Assembly (NCBI GenBank): GCA_011109175.1
Contig: RDEW01000025.1
Location: 341,990 to 405,989 of the forward strand
Direction of reading: 5' to 3'
From: Dicyema japonicum
Lineage: Eukaryota > Animalia > Dicyemida
DNA length: 64,000 nucleotides
Positions within the stretch are counted from its first letter, which is position 1. Each line of letters opens with the position of its first letter. A program made the translations under genes and the position numbers. Of this stretch, positions 36,670-50,900 are shown one piece after another. The notes under the pieces were generated by a model. That model ran no database searches, was not told where the DNA came from, and worked only from the letters and a program-made list of their open reading frames with translations.

Positions 36670-39049
36670 TTATTAAATATATTAACTTTTTTATTGTTTG
36701 TTAAATAAAGTGGGTTATTTTAAAAAAATATTTAAACATTGTATGAGAAATCCTAATTTTTTGGAAATTATATTTGAAATGATCCGGCGGAAACACGAAG
36801 GATCTATTAAAAATAGCTGCAATCTCATCCTCATTAGCGTGTATGAGGGCAGTGATCTTTAAACGATTAGTCACAATTGTCAAATGTTTCCATAAATGCC
36901 TCAACTAAAGCGAAGTGATCAAAGGCAGAGAAAATCCTTTCCAGAAAAATAATAAGTCGGTAGTAGCATTGGAAGACGGGTGGTCAGTATTTTGACTGTC
37001 GAGAGCAAGGTTGAAAGAAAGTGTCTTAGTTCCACTAGTAGTGGCTTCAAATAAAAAGAAGTTGAGCAATGGACTCTGATGGAGTGAAGGATAATAATGG
37101 TTTACATGGCGGGTCACCCCCTTATGGAAAAGAGGGTACATTATGTCTTCCATTACGACTGAAAGAATATTACTTCAAGTCTTATTAGGTTATCTAAGAT
37201 AGGCCACTTCCATAAAATCAAAATTATGATTAATAAAAAATAATATTAAAATTAATTTTTTAATATAAATTTTTTAATATATTGTTTCTTTGTTAAATAA
37301 TTGTCTTTAATAAAAAATAAAATAAAAATAAATAAATTTCAAATTTCCCGTTAATTAAAATTTTAAAATTGTTATCCTTGTGGAGATTAATTTGTCATGT
37401 GCGATGGTAGGACGTATAATGAAAATAGAGGAGGGGAACCTACTTCTCCACCTCACTTCTGAAGCGGAAACCTGTAATAAACTATTGAAGGATGATTTGG
37501 TCGGCACAAGCAGATGTTCTCCTTCGGGTTTCTTCCTTGGAGTAGTTGCTTGTGACTGTTTGTGTTGGGCTTACCAAAGATTGTAAACCTGGGTTAATAA
37601 ATAAATAATCAGTCATCACAAAAATTTAGTGAAAATGCGAAAAAAATCCTTCAAGTAAATTTCCACCTCATTCAAGGTCATTTTGATTTTTTCTAATCAG
37701 GAAGATTCATTACAGAATGGGTCTTTTTTTTACTTCTGCAAGCGAAAGCTCTTCATGGCAGATAACTCACGGAAAGTAATTTTAACTCACTTTCGGACGC
37801 GGAGACGGTCGTCTGGGATTTAAAGGAGAAACAAACGGGAGCTTTCCAGCAATTGTCCACCAGGAAACGAAAAGACATGCACGTGAAGTACGTTACGGTG
37901 GCTGTGTGTCTGTTTGTGTTTGACATTCTCTTTATAATTGGGCGGGTAATTTTGTTTGAATCGTTCTCTCCTTGGAAGGCAAATTCTGTCTTGTCGAATA
38001 TTCAAACTCCTTTGAAAAGGATCTCCGGTGAAATGAATTAATGGATCCTTTTAATGCGAGCCGGATATTGGGTATCTCCTGAGTAAGGTAGATCAACGCC
38101 ATCAGAAAGAATGAAGAGATATTTTCTACCATTTAGCCACATGGCGCCACGTGGATTACAACAACCATTTTGTTTTCAAATCTATGTGAGAATTACTGGT
38201 TGCAATTAACTAAAATGAATTGATGTAGGCTGTCTCAATCGTCCACATTTGATTCTCACACTTTCAGGCTTTTCTTAGCAAATAGTTTGGGCCTTCATGG
38301 GTTGGGTTTTCCTCAATCTGATCATTCAGACTTTCAAGCAAACAGCATCCTTCACAGTCCTTCGTCGATCATTCCCATATCTATATCAGTCTCCCTATTG
38401 AAGCTGTCTTCTCCAGCTGAGCTATACTAACCATTTGTCACAGTCTTCATCTTCTATTATTACGTGGTTTTCTGGAGAACCCACCGGACCGTGGTGCCAA
38501 CTCAAATATCACCTTCAGGATATATGTTATCTTCATATCAGGAGAAAACACCTTGATCTCCCATAAGCTGATAGCACGTGACGGGGATATTCAAGTGAGT
38601 AGTGGGGGAACTTTAAAATAAATGAATATAATTTTCTGATGAAAAGATCTTTAACCTCCTTCAGTTCTTCGGGAACGTCGAGAAATCTCTATTACTCGAA
38701 ATTTCAACATCCCCCATATGGATAAGAGCTCTCATATTCTTTCTTCCCCCGTGTGGACGAAATAAATAACTCAAGACCATTGACCCCAAATTTTGAACTA
38801 CGTCAGCTTCGCAAGCACGGTTTCTTCACTTGAAAGCACTGGGAGTAAATAAATGGGAGTAATAAATTGAAAGAACTCGAGGACCATCTCTCTGAAGTTA
38901 CACGTGCAGGATAAATAGTTAATGTGATTCTAGTAAGGTCTGATAATTTATGAAGGTTTGAATGAAACTATTCAAAAAACCACAAGTAAAAACCATAACT
39001 AAAAAAATAAAGCACTCAAACTCCACGTGTATTCTTAAGAGCATTGAAA

Positions 39050-39170
39050 CTCCAAATTGTGGGCAATTATTCCCTATACAATCGAAACCTAATCAATTTA
39101 ATCGTACTCAGGTAACCGCATGGTATGCTGATGACGTGGCTCTCACACAAATATTTCATCACTATGGCCA
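39050..39170 (+). mobile_element. Jockey/I-like RT remnant
   Basis: TAWYADDVAL (YADD catalytic motif) in a decayed context. Confidence 0.4.
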
Positions 39171-40483
39171 GTAAAACTTGTATTATCTTGAGTAATCAGG
39201 TCTGTCCTTATATGTTGATTACAACTGCTAGTTTCTCTAGTCGATTTTGTGAGAACAATTTGTATTTTTTTAAAAATAAACAAAAAGGTCATACAGCGGC
39301 CGCCCTGCGTGGCTATTCCCTCTCAGGATGGTGAGCCATCAGCGCTCACGGGGATGTGATGCTAGTGGTAATTCTCATGTCTGTTAAATTAAACCGTTAC
39401 CCCAGGTAACATGCTAGCGAAACTGGGGATCACTAGGAAGCTCATTTTCAAGTCAGGTCGTTCCCAGAGATCTTTCAAGTCGAGTCTTGGTGCCAAAGAA
39501 AAATAAAGGGATCTGAACTTCTTTCCGTCATTGATGAATGATATCTACGGTGTAGGTGAACAAGTCTCATTCTAATGGTTTTTGGGAGCAACACCAGCCA
39601 GGTTCGGTTTTTGGGGGAGGAAAGATTATCTGGACTGTTATCTGGTTATCAATTCCCGCGGTTTGTAGATTGAATTGTGGTAAGATTCAGTGGTCAAGTA
39701 GTTGTTGAAGATATTGTGAGCTCTGTGCGACCCAATGGGAGGATCTTCGTCTCCCAGTCTAGTTTCAAGGCTGAGTTTTGCACCTCATGTATCTTTTGTG
39801 GGAGATAAGTATTTATAAGAGTGAGTACATGTCCTTTAGGTTAGTCGTTTGAGCAAAAATATTCGCTTTTGGTGGCTTTAGTGCAGATATTTTATCAAAT
39901 CGATTATTTTTCTTTTTTATTGATCAAACATAATTTTCAAATAGCTTGCATTGCTCTGTATTGATTGCAACCAGTTATTCTCACGTCAATAGATCTTGAG
40001 CATGGACAATGATCCTCCGCCCTTATGGGACACCGAGGACCGTTCCTTTAGTAATAGCACATAAAGTATGATTTAAATTTCACATGAAATCGTTGTTTAA
40101 AAAACAGATTAGCTAACTAGTAATCCACAAGCCACTTCTTGTGGTACCACGTGCGACTATTCAATTCCTAACGTCGACATTCCTTAAGTAACGCCCACGT
40201 GAGTTAAGATATTAGCCTCAGCAGTTACGAAAATTATAGATTCATAAACACAAAGTGTGGGAGTTTGCTGACCGAACCATTAAGTCCTCATCCAGATACC
40301 AGCCTTTCACAGCACCAAACGCAACGTTAGTCAGTTTACAGTCATAACGTGGAATTTACGACCACAAGAAGCATAATCCATAATTTTTATTTAAATTTCA
40401 ATGTTTTTAAAATATAAATAAAAAATTAAAAAAGATGAAACAAAGATTTTTTAGTTTACATAGAATATTACAGGAAGTGAGAA

Positions 40484-41725
40484 TTATTTGAAAATAGTTT
40501 GCATTACCTCAACGTGGGTATTAACGGTGGGGATTCCACAAGTGCGGGCCATTTCCATCAAATAGTACCTCCCTCGATTATAGTCAGACCTTTCGACCTC
40601 CGTCACCTAAAAAGTCAGTTTTTTACAGCAACGGGGCATCTGTGACTATTCTGCAAATTTTCGACTGACAAGACTATATTTTTATTTATCACGCAAAAAT
40701 GTGCTGCCTACAATGATTACACTCGAAACCTCCGCCAGAATGTCGGGGGACCGAGAGTGGGGACCGATCACATACAGAAGCATCCGAGCCCTTTTAATTA
40801 TGGAGTAACGGGACAGATCCTGTTTCCTGTTGGATTGCCCAATTTGGTTGACAAAGTCAAAGTACCGCAAGTTTTTTTCACTAAATGGTTTCTCCACCAT
40901 CCACCAACCTTAAAGCCGGGAGAAGGCAGTTGGACTTCCATTCCGAGAGATCCTCAGAAATGTAGACGTATACATCATAATATTCATTCTTATCTAAACA
41001 GTAAACCACAATTTATACCATTTTTGAGAAAATTCAGTGTTGGCTTTGCTTCTACGGGGGGCTACAAAGGTCAGATAGGTCCTCACTTTTTTCATGATCT
41101 CAACGCAGAGGTTGAGAGCCTCTGAAATGTCTCCAGTTAAGAAAAGTCGGTTCATCTGCATGATCTCTTCTATAATTTTCCTTGCCTTCCACAAATCGAC
41201 TTTCTCGCTAGAACTATCGCTTGGGGGATACTTGTTTTGCTTTTTCAGCTCAGTTTTGAAATCGAGGCTATTCTTCATCACAAGGACGACGTTTTCATGG
41301 ACAGCTTCGTATTTACTGACTAGTGGGGTACCTGACAAGTAAGCGACCTCAACCATCGAAGCGATGCTCCGGATCTCGTCATTAATCACAAAAAGGAGAC
41401 ATTTGCACTCCTAGTGGGGACATGTGGCAAAAACCTACTCTTTTGACGGATTCTTCCTTCTCGACCAAATCCGGAGTCCAATTGTCAACTTGCTGAGGAA
41501 AATGTGGTTATACAAGACTTACTGGATTATAATACAAAATCCGATGATTGTCGAAATACGGAATAGCAATCTCCTTCCTCCAACTGGACGGATTGCAAGA
41601 TCCCCCGAGAACACAACACCAATTGACTTTGTGTTGTTCATCCAAGCCCGCCTGTGGTAACTTAGCAGGAAAACATTTAATACGCTCTTTTGTGAAATTT
41701 TAAGTAATTTACAAGCACGCTGCAT
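40484..41725 (-). CDS. raw: Raw/OLRN-1-like protein with two repeated Raw domains
   Basis: Spliced VLGGSCNPSSWRKEIAIPYF...YYNPQVDNWTPDLVEKE...LLFVINDEIRSIASMVEVAYLSG, and a second repeat ending SDYNRGRYYLMEMARTCGIP. Matches the Drosophila Raw consensus LGGSCNPTTWR...FYNPQVSDWTPDLIELE. Introns of 20-32 nt. Confidence 0.85.
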
Positions 41726-42539
41726 ATAAACTGAATTTAAATTAATTTGCTGTGGTAAATCCGAGTGGATAAGACAGCCTTACCTTATTCGTGAGAGGAC
41801 TAGAAAAGCGGTCGTGAACATACTTATAATATCGCTGGATCGGCGATGTTAATATATGGAAAGATCGATAAGAACGGCATATTTATAAGAATTTCCAAAG
41901 TGGGACTGCCACGTGTTCACTAAGTGGGTCTATGTTCTATGGAGCTTATTCACTGGGAAATCGTAGTTTTTTAATATATGGTGAGTAGGATTCCGTATTA
42001 ACCGCAATATCAGATTAAAATGGAAATTTGTTAATTATTATTTTTATTTGATTACTTTTATTTTTTATTAAATAATAAATTATGACCTATTTTAAAATTT
42101 TAACCTTGTAGGATGTGATCCTCGTGGTTGTTGACCCCGCAGAGGATCCATCCATTTCTTGTTGATGTCAAGCTTTTTTGACGTTACATCATAATTTTTT
42201 TGCTGAAAAAATAATTTATTCAAGCATGTTTTCATGGAAATTTGAATTTTACTGTAAATTGACTTTTTATCAGTTTAAAACAGCACATGCTATTTAGTGA
42301 GTCATTTCCGGTAATTTCAGGAAATAGGTTATATTCAAATTTCCAGATGCCATGGGTTTTCAATATCTCATAACTTAATCATGGTGGGAAGTTATTCCAA
42401 GGTCAATAAAAGCCATATAGCGCAGCTGCACGTGTGAATTTGATTAAACGTAACATTTATAATTGTTTGCTGCAATCAGAATCAGAGCAAGCGGCATAAT
42501 TATTAGTTGAGGCTTATTGGCTATGGCTCCACCCAGTCA

Positions 42540-42781
42540 GGACACATACTTCATTTAAATAAATAACTGTGAAAAACTAATCGTAGAGGTAGAACCAAGG
42601 AATAGTCATGAATTCCTTTTTTTCTTATGTGTGAGTTATTTTGTGTACTAACAACTTCCACGTCACTCGTCAAGCCTAAGTATAGCAGACGCGTGAACCT
42701 TCAGCTGGAATGTACAGCAACAAAATTCAAACTAGTGGCCATAAGGCCTTTTGCCAAGAATTCGTTACACTGCGTCACGTG
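42540..42781 (-). mobile_element. tRNA-headed SINE, decayed copy
   Basis: Aligns with 62900-63141 over both the tRNA-like head and the body. Confidence 0.5.
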
Positions 42782-45208
42782 CTGCAGTTGCAGTCAATAA
42801 ATAAACGGAAGAATAGTTATTAGTTTCAATCAAGTCCTGCCATAGCTTGGACTCTCCTCTGCAACCTCAGAGCCCTCTTATGGTTCATTCCGTGCTTCGA
42901 CATACGAGTCAAGGATAGCATCTCTTTTCAGGAAGTTTGTCATCCTTTTCTCTTTTACTTCTCTGATTGAGACTAATAGCAAAGCATCTTCCTCATCTAA
43001 AGTCGTTTGTGTAGGGCAATCTTGATCCCTGCTCTTTTCTATTTTTAAGAAGTAAGATAAAAGGCTCCTTGTATGCAGTGTAATACAATCCCTGAAGATA
43101 CTTGTAATACAATCCCTATTTGAGCGAATCTCACTCGCCATCCTGAGAGGGAATAGCCACACAGTCAGGGAGGCCGCTGTATAACTGTTCACTTATTAAT
43201 CCTGCTTACTCATGGGCTTGAGTTTTGATTGGGGTATGTCCACGTTATCATACGCATTAGTTGAGATTCCCATATGATCATACGGCATCTTGAGCCTCAG
43301 GACAGATCATCCTCGTCCAAGATCTGGGTTTTCAGCTAGCTTTGTCCACAGGCGTGTGACCCACGTGAAAAATACCGCATATGGTAACAGGTATTAGTAG
43401 TTATGCATTTGATCGTTTATGCCTAAGAGAACTTACCCAAGAACAGTGATCAGGAAGACGTTGTCATGGGAGCTGAGGTCGATTGCAAAACTCGTCAGTA
43501 GGGAACAAAATTGTCTCCCAGTGGAATAAACAGGAAATCTTTGTTTTTTCTCAAGATCCTGGGTGTCTGACTAGATTCACACGTCCATGAAACTCAGAGG
43601 GTCCTCCAGTCGATATATTGTCATCGTGAGTATCAAGTTCCCACTGTCGCAGAAACCGAGAGACCTTCCATAGAAGCTCATTCAGAACCACAAAAAAGAA
43701 AGCTTCTTGCAATTGTGGGAACCTTTCCATTAGAGTGGGGGAGAGAAAATGACCCTTCTTGATACCATCATCCCATTAGGCGTTACTTGGGACTGGTAGA
43801 TCACATGACGCTATTTTAGAAGAACGAGAGAAGATAAGAAACAGAAGAAATGAAGAGAAACCTCGGACCAAATACCCATTGGAAGAAATCGAACCCATGA
43901 CCAATTGCCCTGACTGCGTGGTTATTCCTCTCAGGATTGCGAATAAGATTCGCTAGAAAAGATCCCCGGTGTGAGTCGAAATCTGATTCTCTAGTCAACC
44001 TAGGAATTCGAGCTTTTTGAGCCCAACGGAACCGGACGTTGGAGTGAAACGAACATAACATCTTCGGATAGGACAGCGTACTTTGTTCATTTGACTTGAT
44101 AAATTGACCCCAATTCTATGACCTCCCCAAAAGTCCATCTATAGCATCCTTAACCAACTAAACCCTTTAATGTCTACTACTACTTACTCCTTTCAAAACC
44201 TTCAAGAGACCTTTGTGATTGGCCTTTGCACTTAAACCTACTGAGAAATGACTGCTTGATGAGGGACATCAGTGAGGACTCCAGGCGTGCCGAATCCGTG
44301 TTAATTAAAAATGGAATTCACAACCCACTAATAAATCCCTCAAAAACAATGATTAACTGCATTACCAACAAACCACAAATAATATAAATTCCATCAAATT
44401 AATGATTACAAGATTACTAATCAACCCAACCTGTTGGAGAACTAATTCTCTTGTTTCTCCTCGAGGCTCGATCCCACCGAGTTCCCCCACTTGTGCCAGA
44501 CGGTAGTAGAATCCATTCAGAGTTCTTTATTTTAAAAAAACTTTGTGCTTCCAATGTCTTCTGACTCCATTGAGAAAGTGGACGCGGAGTTATATCCACC
44601 GGTGGGGGATGAACACATTAAGTGTATTAAAGATATGCTATAGAGAAGGCGTGTTAAACGTACGGCTTGCACAAAGGTATGTTATACATCGACGACATTG
44701 GGCGGACCTCGTCATTAACTGAGTCCACCAGAGCAATCAACGTGGTCAGAAGACGTTCATACGCTTAAACTTTAGCTCGCCATTAAAAGTTTATAAACTT
44801 CCGAGTTTTCAACGAGGATTTTGCCAATGTTCGGTTCCACCTATGTATGAACAGTTGTTTTCCTTCATAAAATTAAATCTCAGAAAAAGGGTGACTGATG
44901 AACACTTAACACCCTGATCAAGGTCAGAACTGCTAATAAATTTCTGACAGATATACGATTCAGTAAGATTACGGTGTTATCAGATTTGTTAGTGTGCCCG
45001 CTTGTATACTCAAATTATCTTATGGGGCCCCTGGAGCTTTGGATTTTGACATGCCTGCTATAACACAGATGAACCTCCCCCTTAACATTATGATCAATTA
45101 GTCAAAATCATCGGACCCATCCCCATTATAGCGATAATGATATGCTCGCTTGTGCCTCTTAGCACAAATTTGAATTCCAATAGATTCCCGGGAGATTTAA
45201 TTTAAGTT

Positions 45209-45378
45209 GTAGAAACCCCTCCAGTGGAGTGGAGGAGAGCAAATGATCCTTTATCGTGCCGGCCTGGCACTGAGCGCCACCTAAACAGGTGGATCACATG
45301 ACGCCACTCTAATAGGAAGAGAGAGGAAGAACAGACGAACAAACAGAAACTTCAACCAATTAGCCACAAAACACCACA
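45209..45378. repeat. Dispersed ~170-bp repeat family, copy 2
   Basis: Colinear with 3411-3585. Confidence 0.7.
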
Positions 45379-45568
45379 TGGCGCCACGTGAATTAAAATA
45401 ATTTTTCCCGGGAGATATATTCAATGTGATTGAGAAACACAATTCTTATCTCATTTATTATTTTAAAATAATTTAAATTATAATTTAAAAATTAAAACTA
45501 AATCAATTACAACAATTTTGATCAAAAACAAATAAAATAAAGGCGGGAAATTTTAGATTAAATAAATA

Positions 45569-46490
45569 CTAATCAGATAAGTTATTAATTCTATTAAGTG
45601 CCATCTTCCTCAGCTTTTCGTTAGTTTCATCAGTCCTACGTTGAGCCCTGGTAATTCTCTCACAACTCTAAGATGGTCCCTCAACCGACTACCAGCAATA
45701 GCCCGTAAAGGGCCCTCAGTGAACTAGGATTCAGTTCAGAGGCCGTCAGGAAGTATTTTCTAGCGAAAAGGTAGTTCTCCAGTCCTCCTTGTGTGTACTT
45801 CACCTCCCCCATCTTCAAGTGGAACAGTGGATTATGAGGGTTCAGCAGCAGCAACTCCTCCATACAGTAAGCAGCCTTCTCATACTCGTACTGCATCAGG
45901 TAGAGATCACAGAGCTCCGACCAGCCATCAGCATAACCAACAAATCTAAGGGTCACTTTTAAGCCTACACTGCCAGCAGCACGGAAAGCTGCCTAATTGC
46001 CTCCTCGAAATCTCCCCTTGCCTTTAAAATCGAAATTTGGCGGGACATTGCTGACTAAAAAATCTCGCCAAATTTATACTAAATTCGAAGGTTCGACGTC
46101 GAGAATGGCATAATAGACATCCATAGCCTTATCATACTCTCCCTTATACTCGAGGTAGACTCCGTGGAGAATTAGAACCTCATTGCTATCAGGGAACTTG
46201 GCCTTGAGGTGCTTCAAACAATTCTAAATGCTTTAAAGTCAGTACGATTGCCACGTGGTCCACGCCACATTGAAGAGCAGAATAGAAGACAATTTTAACT
46301 ATTTTTTCGACTAAAATATATATTTCTTCGCTTACAATTACAGGTGGAACTTTTTCTATCGAATGAGAAAAAACCGTTCCACAGTTTCAGTATTTCACGT
46401 GCGGAAAGTTCGTTTTCTTTGGTTATCAGTAATTCTGTGGCTTCTGAAGTGATTTAACGGAATTTTAACCAACCTTTTACTGACACACAT
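45569..46490 (-). CDS. EMC2: ER membrane protein complex subunit 2 (TPR)
   Basis: VFYSALQCGVDHVAINCLKHLKAKFP...FVGYADGWSELCDLYL...YEKAAYCMEELLLLNPHN...EVKYTQGGLEN...ARKYF...LRALYGL. About 6 introns of 22-37 nt. First exon uncertain. Confidence 0.92.
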
Positions 46491-47914
46491 CGAGCATGTT
46501 TCATTTGAAATATTTTTAATTGTCATTTTAAATTTGAATTTTTAAAAAATTAATTTTTAATGTAATAAAAAACTATTATCTTCCAGTGTCAGCTCTCATT
46601 GTGCGTCGTTCGCGTCGTGATCGCTTGTGAGTAAGATTCCCATACCGCTAACTATTTGGTCGAAGGATTCATTTCGGTCTGTTGCCTTCTTCAATTCCTA
46701 TGAGGTGCCATGGTATCCACCAGTCTCAGAGACGTTTAATGTTTGGCCGGTTCCAGAGGATCCCTATCTTCCCCACTCAGTGGAGGGGTTCCAACAATAA
46801 TCGATACGGTTGGACGTAATGCCTAGAAAGGATTCGTCCCACTCCCACCGGGAAACTGGATGTTCCTTAATTAGACGTTAATTAACTCTTGACCTCTTCC
46901 CGGTATATCAGGGGTTATTAAATAAAGTGGTTGAGTACATTGTTTATATGAAAATCACTCAACTAGTCATCTCTCATCAGCTTCCCCTTCTCATGTTTGT
47001 TATTAACGATCCACTTAAAGTTAATGAGTTGGATTCAAGAATCCACGTGGTTTCGGTTATGATGGGCCTGAAAATGAACTCAAATAATCATCTATTTCTT
47101 TAAAGAGTTTTGGCTCTCATCAGGCTGATTCTGAGTGTGTATCCTGTCAGTCCAAGGTTGGAAAGAGAAAAGTCAGAGTCGTCCTGGCTTTTACTTCATA
47201 CAGTCAAGTCGAAGGGATTTCAGTTGTATAGGGTATCCACAGGTTTCAAGTCCTCCCGCGATTGCCCGTTTATCACTCTGTGCTTCACCCTCCTTTTGCC
47301 GCTCTATCGACAGAAGCGTGAAATCCTTTAGCGTCGACCGTCTTCACGTATCTGCACCAGGTCTCAGAGAGGGAAGGGTTAGATCAGTCTTCACTCATCA
47401 GTTAATAAGAAGGTTGGAGTGATGACGTCCCCTTATTGAACGGAAGTTCCTGAACAATGCAGTGTCGAGTAGACTATGCTTTTGATTCGAATCCACTGGG
47501 TGTCATGCCTCTATCAATACTCCTCGGTTCAATCCCCTCAATGACTATCTGTGCAGAGGTTTTTATTCTCTATTTCGATTCATTCTATTGGAGTGTGTAA
47601 TGTACCTGTCTCAAGTTGCTTCCAGTGCCAAAAAAGGATCATTTGATCTCCTCCACTCCACTGGACATGTCAACTGTGTTCTGAATAGATTTATGTGATA
47701 TTGGATAGTCTGTTTATGTGGGGGTTGAATAAATTTAGTTAGTCGTGAGCCATTAATCTTCTACCAAGTTCCTTCAATTTTAAACGGACAAACTCAAATC
47801 TTCACTTGTTCAGAACTGCGAGTTTCCGATATCTCCCGAGTCGGGCACTTAGTCACATTTACTTTATCTTCAACAGTAAACCAATTATCTTTTACATTCT
47901 CCTAAACTTATAGC

Positions 47915-48300
47915 AGTCATATATTAGTGCTCTGACACGTGCGTACTGGGCTTAACTGATGGACTTGTAAATCAATGGTTCTAGTAGGCATCAACATTTC
48001 TCAAGCAAAGCAGTTCTAAAATGTGCCTATTTTGCTTACCATTACCCCCATAGATTTATAGTTCTGACACGTGGCTATTTTACTTACCAATACCCTCATA
48101 AATTTGCAGTTCTGACAATTCAACGTTTAGAGCACGTGGATACGCTGTAGACCAACTGTTCCACCGCATATCACTAGCTACATCCTAATAGATTTACAAT
48201 TACGACACAGGTTGATACACAACAACACTTGATGTACGCTAACTCTTCGTCTATTTTATCACATGCCTATTTTACCTACCTACTAGTCATAAGCGAATCA
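47915..48300 (+). repeat. Degenerate ~55-bp tandem repeat
   Basis: Recurring CTATTTTACTTACC...CATAGATTTA.AGTTCTGACACGTG-like units. Confidence 0.5.
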
Positions 48301-48391
48301 GTTCTCACAAAAAAAACAAAATATAACGCCTACTATAAAATCCCCAAATTCAAATTTTTATAAATTAAAATTAAAAAATAATCAAAACACA

Positions 48392-49769
48392 TTATATATC
48401 AACATTTTGCGAGCCTTCATCCTCCAATTTGCGATTTACTGCAGTATTAGCGGTCGAATTCCCACTTGGCTTAAAATAAGACAAAATAGAATTAACATTA
48501 TTAGCCTTCTTACCTTTCTAAGACCTCAAACCAACCAAAAACCTTTCTTTTGGGCTCAGAGAAATATTTGGCTACCAAATCCCTGCCAATATCGTCAATC
48601 TCTTCCATTCTTCGTTTCAAGTCATCCCTGTACTGAAGTTTCATCTAAATTCACGGAAACGTGACAAACCTTCCCAGCGAGCTCTTTCAACTGTGCTTTC
48701 TCTTCTAGGGGCACATGCTCCCATATTTTGTTAACTTCTGTAGGTCCCATCACCTTTTGAGCACAGAATAGAGCGTATCCAGATCTAGGAAAACAAGATA
48801 ACAGGATATCCTCACATTGGAGGTTTTTTTGGAAATCCATAGTATTCCTGAATTATTTCCATCTCCCGTTTGTGACTCTAGCACCAGCACGAGGGTTATC
48901 GATGTCTGGATTGAGTTTCTGATGCTCTTCAAAGTGTGTCTATAGTGACCCACATCAAACAACTTGAAAAGCCCGCCAAAACCCATCATATTTGAGGACA
49001 TAGTGGAACCTCTTGGAGACAGGAATATTCCAAAATTTGTGGAGGTATTTCTTTTTCAGGTCACTTTTTGATAACTAAAATAAGTAATAATAAACTTGTG
49101 AGTTTTTTGCAAGGATCTTTTTGACCTTTTTTCTCGCATAAATTTCCCACGCTCGAGGCGGAAGTTTAGGCGGGCGATTTTGGCAATTTCTAATTTTTAA
49201 ATTTTATTTTACGTCTTGTGGGTACTTTTATTCGACAATTCCATACTTCGATCAATGTACTTTTTCTGGAATTTTAAGCATTCTAGCAAACCTTTTCCTC
49301 AAAGCTAAGTTTCTTGTAGCCTTTGAGATCTTCTTGGTGATCTGGATGATGTTGAGGTAAGGATATTTGTCCCTGAGTAGAGGAAACTGTTCGTTTTGGT
49401 ACAACATGTAAAAACTCAAGTGACTCGTCTTATTGGACTAACAATAAAATAAATGAAAACCATTTTTTGCACAATTCGACTGAAATTTTGATCAGTATCA
49501 TTCATAATGCTAGAGAGGGTCCTAATCTTCCTTATCTTGTTGTAAAATTAACGATGAACCCCAGAAGTTAGCTCTTTTATCTTATCTTGACAGTCCCGTG
49601 CACTGTATGAGTCGAAGGAAACATTATTCCAGTCAATTTTTCTGAGAGCCTTTGAATAGGAAGTTTTTGTCAGCTTCGGCGTTGCATTTTTGACGTTCTC
49701 AATTAGTTTTTGGCAATCCTCTTGAGTCCAGTTTGTGAAATCCTCTTTCATGTCGAGTTTAGCTTCCAT
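48392..49769 (-). CDS. UBTF: UBF (upstream binding factor)-like multi-HMG-box protein, paralog 2; two 1-nt homopolymer deletions
   Basis: WTQEDCQKLIENVK...IDWNNVSFDSYSARDCQDKIKELTSGIRKIRTL (UBF N-terminal domain), then PKLPPRAWEIY and FPKKPPISGYALFC HMG boxes. Frameshifts near 49320 and 48870. Confidence 0.75.
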
Positions 49770-49989
49770 ACACCACGAGGACTAACGATAAACTTTTTTT
49801 GAGTATTATTTAAAAAATTAAAATTTTATTTATATTTAATTTAATTTCTAAATTAACTAATAATATTATGTCACCGTTCGTACGTGGAACTCCACTAGTA
49901 TCAATCAAAATCATAACTGAAGGACACAAGAACAAGCTAAAACAGGAAAAATCGGTCATATGTACAATCGACATTCCTAATGTTATGGA

Positions 49990-50500
49990 TAGCAAATTTC
50001 TTAAGTGGACTGTGTCCGAGGAAGATTTTTATACAAAAATTGCTACACCACTAATGTTATGGATAGCAAATTTCTTAAGTGGACGCCGAAGGAAACTGTG
50101 CGTCGAAGCAAGAGTTTTAGATCGATATTGTTACCCAATGGTGTACCTCAGAGATCTCCTTTGTCACCAATCCTCTTTAATTTGAATGATCTCCTATGCC
50201 GATGACATAGTTGTCGCATCTATGGACGTAAATGTCGAACATGCTAAAGAAAGACTACAGGGAATACTAAATAACACAAATGGATGGTTGTGAGAAAATC
50301 GATTAAATGCATGTTCCGGAAAGTTAGCAGTCACTCTATTCACTAAGAATAGAAAAATGGGAACGCAAACAATTGAAGTCACGTTCAATGGAGTGCTTAT
50401 CATCCACCAAAGAAATCGAAGAAGATACTGGGAGTAACTTTTGATACTTTCCTCTGTTTCTCAGCCCATGTGGAATCCATCATATCAACCTGTGCAAAAA
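49990..50500 (+). mobile_element. Jockey/I-like RT fragment with a short internal duplication
   Basis: LWIANFLSGR, NGVPQRSPLSPILFN, SYADDIVV and LGVTFD. Confidence 0.8.
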
Positions 50501-50769
50501 AGATCAATTTTAAAAACCTTCCTTTAAAGTTACTGGGAAAATATACGGATAAAGAAATTGCTCAGAACACTCAAGTCTATCATAAAGGCAACTGGGAAAT
50601 TTCAGAAGAGGAGGGAAAAAGACCCCCGTCCGTAAAGAAAATGTGTGGGGTCACGGTCAGAGCATCGAGAAAAGAAATTAATAATCGTTAATGTTTTAAA
50701 AACATAATAATATTAATAACAGCCTTTTTTACGGAGCCGTGGTATTAGCTCCGCATAGTTTAAGGCAGG

Positions 50770-50900
50770 ACACACAAGTTAATTTTAACTAATCGTAGAA
50801 CCAAGGAATGATCTTCACTTCTATTTTCTTTTTCTTTGTGTGGGTCTTCTCTAGACAATCCAGTCCGCAGTGAGAGTCCACTGATGACGGAGTCACTTGT
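50770..50900 (-). repeat. Partial copy of the SINE body seen at 62900-63070
   Basis: Shared ACTAATCG...GAATG.TCTTCACTT...TAGACAATCC.GTCCGCAGT...CACTGATGA. Confidence 0.6.

Noticed and set aside
40994-41389. GTF3C3 (TFIIIC102) based on EALNLCVEIMKK
   Set aside because: Upstream and downstream exons give a much longer and better match to Raw.
47100-47410. Hammerhead cores at minus-strand CTGATGA sites
   Set aside because: No GAAA with flanking stems in the required arrangement.
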